64,000 nt of DNA from Sphyrna mokarran. Taxonomy: Eukaryota. The stretch is taken from contig JAGIQG010000010.1 in assembly GCA_024679065.1 (NCBI GenBank), forward strand, positions 64,914,001 to 64,978,000, read 5' to 3'. The position numbers and the translations under genes were made by a program. Positions within the stretch are counted from its first letter, which is position 1; every line of letters begins with the position of its first letter. The notes beneath the pieces were generated by a model, which worked only from the letters and a program-made list of their open reading frames with translations, had not been told where the DNA came from and searched no databases. Shown in pieces: positions 63,505 to 64,000 of the stretch.

Positions 63505-63660
63505 TCAGAATCTCAGAATTGTTACAGTGTAGATGGAGGCCACTTGGTCCATCATGTCTGCACTGGTTCTCGAAATGAGCAGTTAACCTAGTGCGGTCTT
63601 TTCCACTGTCTTCCTTTTCCAGTAGCGCCCAGAATGTCTAATTCTCTTTTGAATACCTTG
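63505..63660 (-). mobile_element. CR1 3' tail fragment
   Basis: cagaattgttacagtgtagatggaggccacttggtccatcatgtctgcac. Confidence 0.6.
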
Positions 63661-64000
63661 ATAGAGGATTGGTTAACTAACAGAAAGCCAAGAGTTGGAA
63701 TAAATGAGTGTTTTTCTGGTTGGCGATCAGAGACTAATGCTGTGCCTCAAGGATCAGTGTTGGGACCTGAGTTATTTACAGTGGATGACTTGGAGTTGGG
63801 GACCAAGTGTAGTGTGTTAAAATTTGCAAATGACAGAGATGAGTGGTAGAGTAAAGTGTGCAGAGGACACTGAAAGTTTACAGAGGGATATAGATCATCT
63901 AAGTGAGTGGATGAAGTTCTGGCAGATGGAGTACAATATTGGTAAATATGAGGTCATCCATTTTGATAGAAGTAACAACAAAATGGACTATTAATTAAAT
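63661..64000 (+). mobile_element. CR1 LINE RT fragment (runs off the window)
   Basis: IEDWLTNRKPRVGINECFSGWR..VPQGSVLGPELFT..KCSVLKFAND; LQRDIDHLSEWMKFWQMEYNIGK. Confidence 0.9.

Noticed and set aside
1-64000. The many 60-170 aa ORFs in the six-frame track as host genes
   Set aside because: Those with recognisable motifs are TE fragments. The rest are short, often start at non-ATG codons and show no domain I recognise, as expected by chance in eukaryotic non-coding DNA.

Overview
Vertebrate, almost certainly elasmobranch (shark) genomic DNA. This is inferred from many HE1/V-SINE copies, HER1/CR1 tails and Deu-domain SINEs. I could not recognise any host protein-coding exon, rRNA, tRNA gene or CRISPR array, so the window reads as a long intron or intergenic region dominated by decayed mobile DNA. 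It contains CR1, L2, Rex/Babar-like and RTE LINE fragments, three SINE types, PIF/Harbinger remnants (transposase and Myb/SANT ORF pieces) with many MITE-like derivatives, an internally deleted Gypsy-like LTR element and Penelope-like elements. The most notable item is a 233-bp Penelope-derived insertion (3918-4150) with 90-bp arms that differ at one position, a hammerhead-ribozyme-like core in each arm and a 14-bp target-site duplication. Several nested insertions can be reconstructed from sequence alone. There is an assembly gap at 36326-36466. Repeat boundaries were set by eye and are approximate unless TIRs or TSDs are quoted. Family names come from recalled consensus similarity, not from a database search.
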